From: Octopus bimaculoides
Taxonomy: Eukaryota
DNA length: 44,894 nucleotides
Assembly (NCBI RefSeq): GCF_001194135.2
Contig: NC_069000.1
Coordinates: 38,797,333 to 38,842,226 of the forward strand
Direction of reading: 5' to 3'
Positions within the stretch are counted from its first letter, which is position 1, and every line of letters starts with the position of its first letter. The notes below the pieces were generated by a model that worked only from the letters and a program-made list of their open reading frames with translations, did no database searches and was not told the origin of the DNA. This document shows positions 1 to 12,861 of this stretch, piece by piece. A program made the translations under genes and the position numbers.

Positions 1-42
<42 letters not shown>

Positions 43-2045
43 GATGTTGGGTGTGACATTGAACTGCAAGACGTAGTTTAACATCATACCCAGGAACACA
101 CTCATACACACATGTTTATATACATATATTTACATACATATGAATTTAATATTTGTTTAGTTTGATGCACCATTTGATATATTAGTATGAGAGAGATTTT
201 TATTGGTTTGTTTTATTCTCTGGCTTTCTAAATTATTAGAGCTGTCATTATTATCTAATACCGAATAACATCTCATATTTCTGTACATAAATCTTCTTGA
301 ACTCAGGCTTAGATGTGTAATGGGCTCTAAGTCGCATAAATCTGGAGCTTAACCCGATTTCTACGGCGTATAAATAACCGTGACCAAGACGAATGATAAA
401 CTTACACAGCCAAGAAGGCTTATGTACACCAAGTTGTGTTGAAAACATCATAGCCAATATTAGTATAATATTGAGATTTGCCGTAACCAGTCCTTACTGA
501 AATAAAGCGCTAGCAGATACTAGTTTCCGAAGCTGAATCTCGCAGGACCCATGGAATATTCATTCGAAATGCATGTTTTCGTTCTACAAAATCTCACATA
601 ATCTGGCCCGTTTCTTTGAGAATTCAAACAAGGTAGAACAAAAAGTTACATAGACATTTTCTGCCATAATCTGTTACAGAAAAAAAAATGTCCTCTTTTG
701 ACCCTCAGTAAAGAGAATCGCATTTTCGTATTCAGCTTGAAAATCACTTTAAGTAAACCTATTAAACAGCTCATTCTTAACTGCTTATACTGTAATGACA
801 AATCTTGTGCATTATATCGATCATTCAATGAAAAAATCGGTTGTGTACGAAAATCGGAGTCACTTCAATATCTTCAACCCAGACGAGTGATAAAACTGTT
901 AGAGTAGTATATAGGAAGATGAACTGAACTACTGATTTCATAATCGCAAATCATCGTTAAGAGAAATCCACGACGTGAATTTGACGTCGACAGCAATCAC
1001 TCCTAGAAAATGTGTGAGAGTGATGGCGCATTTTTCAAATCCCCGTGCAGACGGTCCGAGAAGGTGCAGCGTGTTCTAAAACGATAGAAGTCACATTCAG
1101 TTCAGAACACAAATTCCAACAAATATAATCGTATATATGCAAAGGAAATAATATTGACCAGATCTATTCATGCAGTACACTCTGGAAACACCAGTTTAAA
1201 CAGATCAAGTGGTGCACGTCGCATGTATTATGCCATGCTAATTTTTCTTTTTCCATCTGTCTCCAATCACATAAGCTTCAATATATACATAAACTCAATA
1301 TATTGTATGCATCAACATCGATTCTTAATAACATGTGCCTGTGTGTTTACGTGCGTTTGTGTATCGTTCTGTGTTTGCATGTGCTTGTATGCGTTTGCGT
1401 GTGTGCGTGTGTGTATATATCGCTAAATTGAAATGCGATTAATAGATTTTGTGTGCATAAAAGTGCACAGTTTGAAAGTTAAACATGACTAGGTATGTGT
1501 GAAGAAAATGTAAACGTTTTGTAAAGCCTGTATGTCAAATACCACTCAAACAAAAATCAATATTGAAATTGCTTAATTGAAACAGTGTTGAAATAACAGA
1601 ACATTTTAAAAGGTTGAAATTGTGCTTGTTGATCAAGATTAAAAATATAAATCTACCAATAAAACGTTGTCATAAAGGAAATGTTTATACGCTTATACGC
1701 AAGCGTGGAAAATAAAATGCATTCTTTCATTTTCCACGTTCACATTTCAAATTTGAGTAAGTATGGTAGTATACATTTTAATAATCGTCTTATGCTAAAT
1801 AAGAAGTCAGATATTATTTGTTAGTGGTTTTAAAAAAAACACAGGCTACTAAATTTACATGCAGATGCGATCGTTTACTGTTAATATAAATGGAGGGAAT
1901 TTCTGCGTGTAGTATATNNNNNNNNNNNNNNNNNNNNNNNNNNNNNNNNNNNNNNNNNNNNNNNNNNNNNNNNNNNNNNNNNNNNNNNNNNNNNNNNNNN
2001 NNNNNNNNNNNNNNNNNNNNNNNNNNNNNNNNNNNNNNNNNNNNN

Positions 2046-2080
<35 letters not shown>

Positions 2081-2085
2081 TATAT

Positions 2086-2886
2086 TGCTTTCAAATTGTG
2101 GCACAGAGCCAGCAATTATGGCGCAGGAGGTAAGTCAATTACATCGACCACAGTGATCAACCGGTACTTATTTCATCGACTCCCAAAGGATCAAATGGCA
2201 AAATCGATCTTAACAACATGGTTCTGGTGTGTGGCCTACGGCGTGATATCTGGAGCAAGCGTCTTCTACTATAGCATCGGGACGACCAACGCCTTGTGCG
2301 TGGATTTGTTTAACAGAAACGCACTTACTCACGCATAGGCACATAAAACATCTGGGCCTTATTTGTGTGTCTTTGTGTTTGTGTTTCTTCCTCACCACCG
2401 ACTGATCATTTGGTATATTTACATCTCCGTCTCTTAGCGATTCGACAAAAGAAACCGATAGAATATATTCCAGGCTTTAAAGGGAAATATGTACTGTTGT
2501 CAATTGGTTCGACTAAAATTCCTCAAGGAGGTGCCCCAGTATGGCCACAGTCAAATGACTGAAATAAGGCGCAGTAGTTGTGTGATAAAAAGTGTGTTCC
2601 CCAACCCATGGTTCCAGGTTCAGTTTCACTGCGTGTCACCTTAGGCAAGTATCTTCTACTATACTCTCAGACCGACCAAAGCCTTGTAAGTGGATTGGTA
2701 GAAGGAAACTGAAAGAAGCCCGTCATATATATATGTATTTCTGTATCTGTGTCTGTCCTCCAACATTGCTTGACATCCGATGTCGATGTGTTTACGTCGC
2801 TGTAGCTTACAAAGAGGTCGATTAGTTCGACACAAGGCGGTGCTACAGCATGGTTGCAGTCAAGGGACTGAAACAAGTAAAAGAAC
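2086..2886. mobile_element. SINE cluster: minus-strand fragment (2086-2212) and two plus-strand CORE-like octopus-type SINEs (2217-2566, 2568-2886)
   Basis: CORE-like caccttaggcaagtatcttctactata, internal dinucleotide tract and tail gcagtcaa...actgaaacaagtaaaaga. Resemblance to the OR-type octopus SINEs is from recollection of the families. Confidence 0.8.
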
Positions 2887-4099
2887 ATATATATAAGTAT
2901 GTATATATATATATATNNNNNNNNNNNNNNNNNNNNNNNNNNNNNNNNNNNNNNNNNNNNNNNNNNNNNNNNNNNNNNNNNNNNNNNNNNNNNNNNNNNN
3001 NNNNNNNNNNNNNNNNNNNNNNNNNNNNNNNNNNNNNNNNNNNNNNNNNNNNNNNNNNNNNNNNNNNNNNNNNNNNNNNNNNNNNNNNNNNNNNNNNNNN
3101 NNNNNNNNNNNNNNNNNNNNNNNNNNNNNNNNNNNNNNNNNNNNNNNNNNNNNNNNNNNNNNNNNNNNNNNNNNNNNNNNNNNNNNNNNNNNNNNNNNNN
3201 NNNNNNNNNNNNNNNNNNNNNNNNNNNNNNNNNNNNNNNNNNNNNNNNNNNNNNNNNNNNNNNNNNNNNNNNNNNNNNNNNNNNNNNNNNNNNNNNNNNN
3301 NNNNNNNNNNNNNNNNNNNNNNNNNNNNNNNNNNNNNNNNNNNNNNNNNNNNNNNNNNNNNNNNNNNNNNNNNNNNNNNNNNNNNNNNNNNNNNNNNNNN
3401 NNNNNNNNNNNNNNNNNNNNNNNNNNNNNNNNNNNNNNNNNNNNNNNNNNNNNNNNNNNNNNNNNNNNNNNNNNNNNNNNNNNNNNNNNNNNNNNNNNNN
3501 NNNNNNNNNNNNNNNNNNNNNNNNNNNNNNNNNNNNNNNNNNNNNNNNNNNNNNNNNNNNNNNNNNNNNNNNNNNNNNNNNNNNNNNNNNNNNNNNNNNN
3601 NNNNNNNNNNNNNNNNNNNNNNNNNNNNNNNNNNNNNNNNNNNNNNNNNNNNNNNNNNNNNNNNNNNNNNNNNNNNNNNNNNNNNNNNNNNNNNNNNNNN
3701 NNNNNNNNNNNNNNNNNNNNNNNNNNNNNNNNNNNNNNNNNNNNNNNNNNNNNNNNNNNNNNNNNNNNNNNNNNNNNNNNNNNNNNNNNNNNNNNNNNNN
3801 NNNNNNNNNNNNNNNNNNNNNNNNNNNNNNNNNNNNNNNNNNNNNNNNNNNNNNNNNNNNNNNNNNNNNNNNNNNNNNNNNNNNNNNNNNNNNTATATAT
3901 GAGGAAAATAAGATTAGGTAGAAAAAGGCTACAATAATTTCATCATGAAATGCATGCAACGTTTAGTACCAGTTTCAGTCTTTTCGACTTTATCAAATAA
4001 AAGTAAAACAAGGAAAAACGATTAACTTGAACAAAAAATTAAATGAAATATTTTGCAAATATTTCCGTGGTCTTCAAATAGGTAGGACATTTTCCTTTT

Positions 4100-4114
4100 C
4101 TCTGTCTGTCTGCC

Positions 4115-4167
<53 letters not shown>

Positions 4168-4962
4168 GTCTCTCTCTTTCTCTCTCTCTGTCTCTCTCTC
4201 TTTTCCTTTGTGAAGGCTCGATAGGTAGAAGCAGACCTGAAGAAATAGTGTTTATAGGTGCTTCTATATGTATATATACGTATATGTATATATGTAGGCC
4301 AATGTATGTAAATAGCACAGTACGAGAATTCTTATCTTTGAACAGTGATTTATTAATGTCCTTCAAACTGCACACACAATCAAAGTGTTAATTCAGAACG
4401 CGCTCATTGATAAATAAAATTCAAATGGTAACTGATTAATGTATTTAACGTAATTGCTAGTAAGACACGCAACCAATTCGTTATATCAATCATTGATTTT
4501 AGTTGAATTAATTTAGTTTAATTATCTCTTGCTGAATACGTAGGGCCAAGTTACTCAATACTTTCCTGTATACAGTTTTATCACTGATGATTATGCATTT
4601 AAAACTTGCCATTAATCAATGCGCATTTCATTGTTTCGAGATTTATGAAATATCTAACCCCAATATAAAGTGTTATATCAGTTACATGCGCTGCCACTCA
4701 GCAAAGGATTAAATTTTCATTTGTTTCGTATAGCAGCTCGACGAGTTTAGTTGAACAAATTGAACCCTGTTTATAAGTTTATAAAGTCTAGTATTTATTC
4801 TGCCGTTTATCTTTTTTTTTTCTTCCTCCACGAAACGCTAAGTTGCGAGAACGTAAATCTAATTGGTTGAAGAACAAACGCAAACCCACACACAGAGACA
4901 CACACATACAAAAGCACAATTACACAAACACTGATACACACATACACAAATATACGCATATA

Positions 4963-5018
<56 letters not shown>

Positions 5019-5080
5019 GTAAACATATAGATAGATAAATGAACAGATAGATAGAGATATAGATATTAGATAGATAGACA
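4100..5080. repeat. Microsatellites (TCTG)n/(TC)n at 4100-4200 and (AGAT)n at 4966-5080
   Basis: Directly visible. Confidence 0.95.
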
Positions 5081-5119
5081 GAAAGATTCCTATATACGAC
5101 TGGCTTCCACTCATTTATA

Positions 5120-5403
5120 CGTCTTCTAAATAATTTACAAAGCACTGGATCTCCTATGGCGAACCAATGTACCGCAAAGTGGGACTGCGAGCTTCTTAAA
5201 TACGCAGCCATGTCTGTTCCTATCCACGCCTGTGTAATTTTCAAATCTATTCCGTCGAATAACATTACTTCCTCTACAGAATCATGAGCAAATCTGCCTT
5301 TACTAAGATACAGTGCAACGTGACAATGACATTGTCTATTAATAATATCTAAACTGTACATGGCAACACTGGCTGGTGATAGCAGCTTGGTTGCATTACT
5401 TCG
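5120..5403 (-). CDS. Candidate exon encoding a divergent CUB-like extracellular domain (3' boundary uncertain)
   Basis: Acceptor ttcgttcattcttgctctactag|CGA at 5404/5403, phase 0, open for more than 100 codons in unique sequence: RSNATKLLSPASVAMYSLDIINRQCHCHVALYLSKGRFAHDSVEEVMLFDGIDLKITQAWIGTDMAAYLRSSQSHFAVHWFAIGDPVLCKLFRR. EVMLFDG...AWIG-x6-LRSSQSHFAVHWF has the spacing of the CUB C-terminal half (V-x-I-x-DG...RFCG-x6-I-x-S-T-S-N-x-M-x-V-x-F); alignment by eye only. Several weak donors follow (GTAAAT, GTATAA, GTATAT). Confidence 0.55.
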
Positions 5404-6199
5404 CTAGTAGAGCAAGAATGAACGAACATTTAGACTTTAGTTACAAACAGTAAAAGAACAACACATTAACAAATAACATTTGTTTTTATCAAAGACAGGC
5501 ATGATGGTTATTAAAGATTCTTTAATATTGTAAATCATGGAAAATGAAGAAATAAAATTGAATAGTATAGGATTTGCGATATTGCCATTTGTCTGTCCCT
5601 CAATGAAATGGATAATAGATGAAAGGGACAGATTATTTTCTGAATATCAGAATGTCTCTGCATTCAATGTTTTTTTTTATTTTGAAGATTAGAAGAGTAG
5701 AAATTGTCTTTCGTAAAATTTGTAAACTTGAAGAAAGAAAATAATGAAAGTAAGGAATCATATGAAGACGTTTATATTATTCAAACAAGACATATAAATG
5801 ACATGCAATTATCAGAGAATCGTGTGAAACATTAGGATATCTTCAATTAAATGGTCCGAAGCTTAAAATGTCTTGATTTCATATAACAGCTTCAAGTGTC
5901 CTCTAAATTTGAAATGAGTGAAATAATGTTTATCATGAAGATATTAACGTGTCACCTATTGGTTAGAAACGAGAAAGAGAGTGTTTCTAAAAGACGCGTT
6001 TGTGAATAAAGGCAGAGCTCATAAATTGCTTGGTATCTGGTAAAATGCTTCTTCAATATGTAAAAAAAAATATCACTTTGATCTAATGAGTAAGTATTCA
6101 AGCTTGAGTGATTGAACAAGTTGAAGGAATTCAATCTATCTCTCTTTCTCTATGTGTATATCTCTCATTTTCACTCTCTCTGTATTGACAATTTGACTG

Positions 6200-6447
6200 A
6201 GCTTTACGTGATTGTTCCCAGCATCTGGAACAGACTTACAAATTAGCAATGGGGTCGATTTGCTCGACCAAACCCTTCAAGGTGAGCCCCAACATGATCG
6301 CACGACACTGACTGATACAATTCAAGGCATCATCCTTACACCCCCCCCCCCGCTGCCGGAGCCTCGTGGAGCTTAGGTGTTTCTCTCAATAAACACACAC
6401 AACGCCCGGTCTGGGAATCGAAACCGCGATCCTTCGACCGCGAGTCC
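6200..6447. mobile_element. SINE 3' fragment (+) followed by a GC-rich, CpG-retaining SINE fragment (-, 6331-6447)
   Basis: ggggtcgatttgctcgac tail motif, then the reverse complement of a B box (GGTTTCGATTCC). Confidence 0.65.
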
Positions 6448-7072
6448 TTTCGAGCGAATCTGACTTAAAGCTAAGTACTTTATTCAAAAGACGTGTTTCA
6501 TTATATTAAACATCCCCAGTAATGTATATTCGATTTATCTGTGAAATCTAAATTTGATCAATAAATACAAACGACCTTGATGATTAAAATGGCAGTAGGT
6601 TTATTAACTTCGAAGGAATGGACAAGAAATTATCAACATTACAACTTGAATACTATATCAACAGTAAGAAACTTAATACAACCTGGTATTGTGTATGTTA
6701 CTCTACAATTCTGATACTATTACAAATTGACAATAAAACTCGACTAATTCAACTAAAGTGAATGTTTAATTAATATAACTAATCAGTTACGTGTCTTACT
6801 GGCAATTACTTCATTCAGCTGCCAATTGAAATATATTTATCATCGCAGTAATGTTGAATTAACACTCTCAATCAACATTGGATTGTGTGTAGTTTTAAAA
6901 TATATATTTCAGTCGAATCAGTTATGGTGTGGAAACGTAGAATTAATGTTGGAATGTTTCGCTCTTTACATTCAATACGTTTCCAACATTGGTCCCATAA
7001 TATGACCATTATTTCGTCTGCAAACAGTATACTATTCACAAGTTTGCAAATTAAATCTCTCATGTGTCTGTT

Positions 7073-7114
<42 letters not shown>

Positions 7115-8878
7115 CTTGCGTGGGTGTATGTTTGTTTCTGTGCGCTTTTGTGTGTGGACTGCAAGCAGCTCGCTTCGCTGCTGGTTGTGTCTAAAATATT
7201 TAGTCTCTGCGTTTACACCCAAGTCCTACACATTTAAATAAATATCAATAGACATGGGGCATGGATATTCTGATTAGGCGTTAGTGGAGACGAACATCAT
7301 TCATCCATGTGATCAGCCTGAAAAATAAAGAAATAAAGATATTTTTCTTAACATAAAACCACTGGTAGAATGATAGCCTTAATTCANNNNNNNNNNNNNN
7401 NNNNNNNNNNNNNNNNNNNNNNNNNNNNNNNNNNNNNNNNNNNNNNNNNNNNNNNNNNNNNNNNNNNNNNNNNNNNNNNNNNNNNNNNNNNNNNNNNNNN
7501 NNNNNNNNNNNNNNNNNNNNNNNNNNNNNNNNNNNNNNNNNNNNNNNNNNNNNNNNNNNNNNNNNNNNNNNNNNNNNNNNNNNNNNNNNNNNNNNNNNNN
7601 NNNNNNNNNNNNNNNNNNNNNNNNNNNNNNNNNNNNNNNNNNNNNNNNNNNNNNNNNNNNNNNNNNNNNNNNNNNNNNNNNNNNNNNNNNNNNNNNNNNN
7701 NNNNNNNNNNNNNNNNNNNNNNNNNNNNNNNNNNNNNNNNNNNNNNNNNNNNNNNNNNNNNNNNNNNNNNNNNNNNNNNNNNNNNNNNNNNNNNNNNNNN
7801 NNNNNNNNNNNNNNNNNNNNNNNNNNNNNNNNNNNNNNNNNNNNNNNNNNNNNNNNNNNNNNNNNNNNNNNNNNNNNNNNNNNNNNNNNNNNNNNNNNNN
7901 NNNNNNNNNNNNNNNNNNNNNNNNNNNNNNNNNNNNNNNNNNNNNNNNNNNNNNNNNNNNNNNNNNNNNNNNNNNNNNNNNNNNNNNNNNNNNNNNNNNN
8001 NNNNNNNNNNNNNNNNNNNNNNNNNNNNNNNNNNNNNNNNNNNNNNNNNNNNNNNNNNNNNNNNNNNNNNNNNNNNNNNNNNNNNNNNNNNNNNNNNNNN
8101 NNNNNNNNNNNNNNNNNNNNNNNNNNNNNNNNNNNNNNNNNNNNNNNNNNNNNNNNNNNNNNNNNNNNNNNNNNNNNNNNNNNNNNNNNNNNNNNNNNNN
8201 NNNNNNNNNNNNNNNNNNNNNNNNNNNNNNNNNNNNNNNNNNNNNNNNNNNNNNNNNNNNNNNNNNNNNNNNNNNCAAATTGAAGGGATTTGAGAAGATT
8301 ATTAAAATTTTAAAAGACGGGTGGAATTTTTATTTTTATGAATAGAGAAATAGAGTAGAATAAAGACTGAAAGATTCAGTGGTTTGTTTAAAAGCCTCAA
8401 GAGATTTCTGAAGGAAAGTGAAAATTGATGTAGAATATTAAAAAGGAAAATCATCCATCCATCCATCCATCTATCCATCCATCCAATCATCCATCAATAC
8501 ATACATACATACATACATACATACATACATGCATGCGTATAATGAAACGAAATGTGTCTCGACTGTCACGCTAGAGAGAGAAAAACCAAACAGCAAGCGA
8601 TGTGGGAAAGTTGACAGTCACAGCTGCTATAGCAGAAGAATACCATTCAAAGGTTCTGTCTCTAGACACTGGAAATTTAATCAAAATAAAATTGCAAATT
8701 TTGATCCTAATTTGTATTAGTTTATCGGTTTCAAACACATACACACACATGAACTTACATGTATACATACACACATACACACATAGATGCACACACACGT
8801 ACACACAAACACACGCAAGTATACATATCAACTCAAATATATTAAAAAACTTTTGCTTTGAAAATATTGTTCATATAG

Positions 8879-8909
<31 letters not shown>

Positions 8910-9081
8910 NNNNNNNNNNNNNNNNNNNNNNNNNNNNNNNNNNNNNNNNNNNNNNNNNNNNNNNNNNNNNNNNNNNNNNNNNNNNNNNNNNNNNNNNNNN
9001 NNNNNNNNNNNNNNNNNNNNNNNNNNNNNNNNNNNNNNNNNNNNNNTGATAGAAAATAGCTCATCAATACATATATTCTGC

Positions 9082-9340
9082 ATTATTTACATTATTTACA
9101 TTTGACGGATATTTGTCCTCATCGTGTTTGTTGTTAACACACCGTTTCGGCTGATATACTCTCCAGCCTTCATCAGGTGTCTTGGGGGAAATTTCGAACC
9201 TGGGTTCTCATTCCTAAAATATACCTTAGCAAAAATACCTCAGTTAACAACAAACAGGATGAGGACAAATATCCGTCAAATGTAAATAATGTACATAATG
9301 TACATAATGTACATAATTTCTTATCTCTTAAATATAGAAA
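9082..9340. mobile_element. Penelope-like terminal fragment with inverted tail duplication and a minimal hammerhead motif
   Basis: 9082-9138 and 9243-9299 are reverse complements (55 of 57 match). The minus strand at 9181-9136 reads GACAC-CTGATGA-A-GGCTG-gagagtatat-CAGCC-GAAAC-GGT-GTGTT, so the triplet is GGU rather than NUH. The PLE assignment is inferred from the known association of minimal hammerheads with PLEs. Confidence 0.7.
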
Positions 9341-9949
9341 TGTATTTCTATATATTCTACCTAAGCTCCTGTAGATTTCAGCACGCCATATTTTCCTTCG
9401 TAGCTAATGAGTCGCTAGTTTCCATCTCTCTACGTTCTGTGACAGCTAATCTCTGTTAAGTTCCTAAGCTAAATGCACGCCACTATGCAGGAGGTTAATT
9501 ATAACGACGCTCATTATTGTTAGTATTTGCATGACTTCTCCCAAGTGTTTCTAATTATTACTAAGTAAATGACACTTTCTAAATAATATTTGAATCGTTT
9601 TTGTGATGGAGACGAGAGTACTATTGACAGTGAGGAACGTTTATGTCAGTCCGTGTTCCCTTCGTTTTCATGTTATTTCAAACAATCGCTAAATGATAGA
9701 ATTCCATCGTAACGCTTAATTTGTAAGTTACTAGTTCATGCACGCAATCATTAAATGCATTCCCATCGCTTTCAACGTTTATTGTTTAGTTTTTCGACCA
9801 GCTTAACCATTTGCACAGTGAATTTGTGTGTAAGAGCACGAATATACAGAGACAAATCATTTCTAACGAAGCTTGAGCTTGAATTACATGGGCCATCTGT
9901 ACAATTTCACCCACGATGTTATTATCGGGGGTACGATAGTATGATAGTA

Positions 9950-12300
9950 ATCTCTTACTTAAAACCCCACCCAACGAGATCGAAACTAGGAACTCGCAAT
10001 TGTAAAATATTATGTGCATTTGCTGTAATTATGCGTGTTCTTCATTTATATTTCTTTGTTATATCTTGGAGGTGTGTTGTGCATGTTCTAGAAATTTTGT
10101 TTGTTACTGTGATTTCTTTGCAGTGCGTGTAGCATGTTTTGAGTGTAGCGGTTGACCGTATTTGATATTTGTCTCTTCTTGATGATAAAAAGGAACCAAT
10201 GCATTTAGAACGGGATACTTTAAAACTCTTGTTGTGGAGCCCGGTTTCGTTGAGATATACGTAATGTTGGAGCAGTTGTACAACGATAGCTAGAGAAAGG
10301 CGCAGGATAGTGAGTGTTAAACTATATGCCTATTGGTATGTGTCTGGGCTAAGCTGCAAGTGAAGGCGGGTGTATTAGTGGTTAGAGTATGCGGCTCAGT
10401 GCTGTAAAGTTGTGAGTTCGATTCCTTGCAGAGTGTTGTGTCTTTGTGTAAAATATTTTATTTCACGTTGCCTCAATCCACTCAGCTGGCAAAAATGAGT
10501 TCAACATGTAATTAAAAAGGCCAGCCTTCTCACGTTCTGCATCGTGCTGAAACTCTCTGGGAACTATGCTTGGTATATGCGTGTAAGCGGAGTGCTCAGC
10601 CACTTCCAAGTTGATTTCACGAGCAGGCTGTTCCGTTGATCGGATCAACAGGAACACTCGTCGTCGTAACCGACGGAGTATCACTTCCTTTTGGCAGCAC
10701 TAATGTCATGTTTGTATAATTTCAAGAAAGCGAATGAATGTGCAGCCTTTGTAGTCCTCTCGTGAAATTGCTCTGACTGTCAGTGTTCTAGTGCAATGCA
10801 AATATTTGCTAAACTGCCATAATTAGTAATCCAGCATCTTTCAGCCTTAATGGGTAGAAGAAAAGACAGTTGTAAGCTTTATCGATGTTGGCACTAATTA
10901 GAAAGTTACGTTAAGTAAAGCAACATTATACCTTTTATGTTAGGTGTAATAAGGTTTTTATCAGTCCAATGTAGTGATCTCAGTTTTCGTTTTCTTCGGA
11001 AAAGAGCGTATATCATTTAGTAATGTCCTAAGTTACGCTTTCTAGAATTTCTAACGTTGTTCTTATGAGTTCGAACAATCCATATGATGTTACTATGCTT
11101 GGGCCTTCAAATTATCAACATTTCTTGCGGCTCCCAGATTCTTGAAATTCAGTCCGAGTGGTTGTAGCGGTGACATCCGTGATTTCTTACGGATACAGTT
11201 TTTGTGAATGTATGACTGGCCCTAGTGCAGTTGAGAGATTTTGCTGGCAAAAAAGTAACATTTATAATTCTATGTGTTTTGAGTTTTGTATCAGTTGAGC
11301 ATAGTGGTCTACCCGGTGTTTCCTTCGGTGAAGATGGTGTGTGGGTTAGTAATACCATGAATTACGCTTTCTAAAATTTTTGAGGGCATTTAATATGAGG
11401 GTAAAGCTCCGTATGATGTAATATTGTTTGGGCCTTCAAATAATCATCATTTTTACCAGCTCCTGGAATCCTGAAATAATAGCGTTTTTGGAGAGAGTCA
11501 CTCTAAATGTCCCCAGAATGCATTGATTTCTTCTGACAATTTGAATTTATGATTTATGAATGCAAATAACTTTTTCATTTTTATTATTTCTTGTTTGGGT
11601 GAAGGACGAAATAAAAAAAGAAAAAAATTGTTGACTCGTTGAACTTGTGTATCAGACGTACGCTTTAAGTTCTTACACTAGAGAGCGATTTTTATTTTTG
11701 GAAATATCTGTGGAAAGACTTTGCTTGGTGCGGCATTGTTGGAATATTATTGGTATTATTATGATATAGCATATGTGCTTATTGTGGTTGTTGATGATGA
11801 TAATCAAGATGGAGTGTTGGTCATAATAATTAATATGTGTAGTGTTTTACCGGTATCCCTATAATTTATCATCGACACAAATACTTGCTAGTATTCTCTA
11901 TACATATGGCTTATTATTTTCATTATTGTCTTTATATTTTTGCAGTCCATTCTTCTGCAGCTAAGTGTTATTTTGGTTGTATATTCAACATTTGTCTTTT
12001 AGATTGTCTTCATGGTTAGCTATTTCTATTGTATGTATTTTTTAACGGTGAATTTTGATGTTTTTGGAGACGCGACTGTATTTAGTTTGTCTGCATAACC
12101 GACAATGTGTGCATTGTCTAGGTTGATAACTGCTATTTTCTGCTCTAAAGCCATTTACTTCCTTTCTTGATTTTTCCGCTTTCTTTCCTTCTTTTCTTCT
12201 TTTTTCTTTTTTGTTTTGGTAAAAAATATTCAAAAGAGGATTTCTGTTTTGTTTATTGATGTGTGCTTCTGTTTTAATTACAATTGATAGGTGGTCTGAA
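9950..12300 (-). mobile_element. Heavily decayed LINE-like sequence interrupted by a SINE
   Basis: Strong strand asymmetry and faint fragments (LRLSLAIV near 10280; a possible zinc-knuckle remnant near 11860). Contains a diverged direct repeat of about 115 bp. The class cannot be established. Confidence 0.3.
10365..10683 (+). mobile_element. tRNA-derived SINE (family with ccactcagctggcaaaaatgagt core)
   Basis: tRNA-like head with GAGTTCGATTCC, the same central domain as 18989 and tail gtcgtcgtaaccgacggagt. Confidence 0.85.
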
Positions 12301-12534
12301 AAATGTTCGACAATTTCTTGCTATTCTTTGTAGTTCCCAGACGAGAGGAACAAAGGGAGATGTGCGTGGGTGTATTGATGCAGGAGTTTCTTAGAAACGC
12401 AAAAGACCAAGTTATATTCTGCTAATTAGGAAAACTGGAGTCGCATATTCATTAATAGATTGATGGAAACATGTTGAATACATCGCCACTTTACCGTGTA
12501 TGTACGTATTTATGCATAGATATCTATGTTTGTA

Positions 12535-12536
12535 TG

Positions 12537-12614
<78 letters not shown>
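12535..12614. repeat. (TA)n microsatellite, fully assembled
   Basis: About 40 units, directly visible. Confidence 0.95.
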
Positions 12615-12619
<5 letters not shown>

Positions 12620-12696
12620 ATATGTATTTATTTTCTCCTAGTTAATAAATAACTCGGACAAAATAACAGTTCTCATATTCGGTTGAAATGTCTTAC

Positions 12697-12761
12697 GTTT
12701 AAGCTGGCTCCCATGCATTCCCCTGAAGAGAAGATTACATTCTTATCAACATCACATATTC
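12697..12761 (-). CDS. Candidate 65-nt exon, phase 1 to 0 (xICDVDKNVIFSSGECMGASLN)
   Basis: Acceptor attataccttccatag|G and donor AAC|GTAAGA. The other two frames have stops. Ends in phase 0, matching the phase-0 start at 5403, and supplies a Cys at the position of the first CUB cysteine. Confidence 0.55.
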
Positions 12762-12861
12762 CTATGGAAGGTATAATTTGTAATCTTCGAAACACATGTT
12801 GGAAATAAAAGTATGCAGCTAACATATGCGTTTTACTCCATTTACTAAATTAATATATATA

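Noticed and set aside
6930-6992. Hairpin (aatgttggaa/ttccaacatt) as a miRNA precursor, and overlapping ORFs as exons
   Set aside because: Only about 13 bp pair. The minus-strand acceptor near 7020 has a stop in the phase needed to fit the exon chain.
11149-12233. Initial idea of a piggyBac remnant
   Set aside because: No TTAA-bounded TIRs and no recognisable transposase motifs were found.
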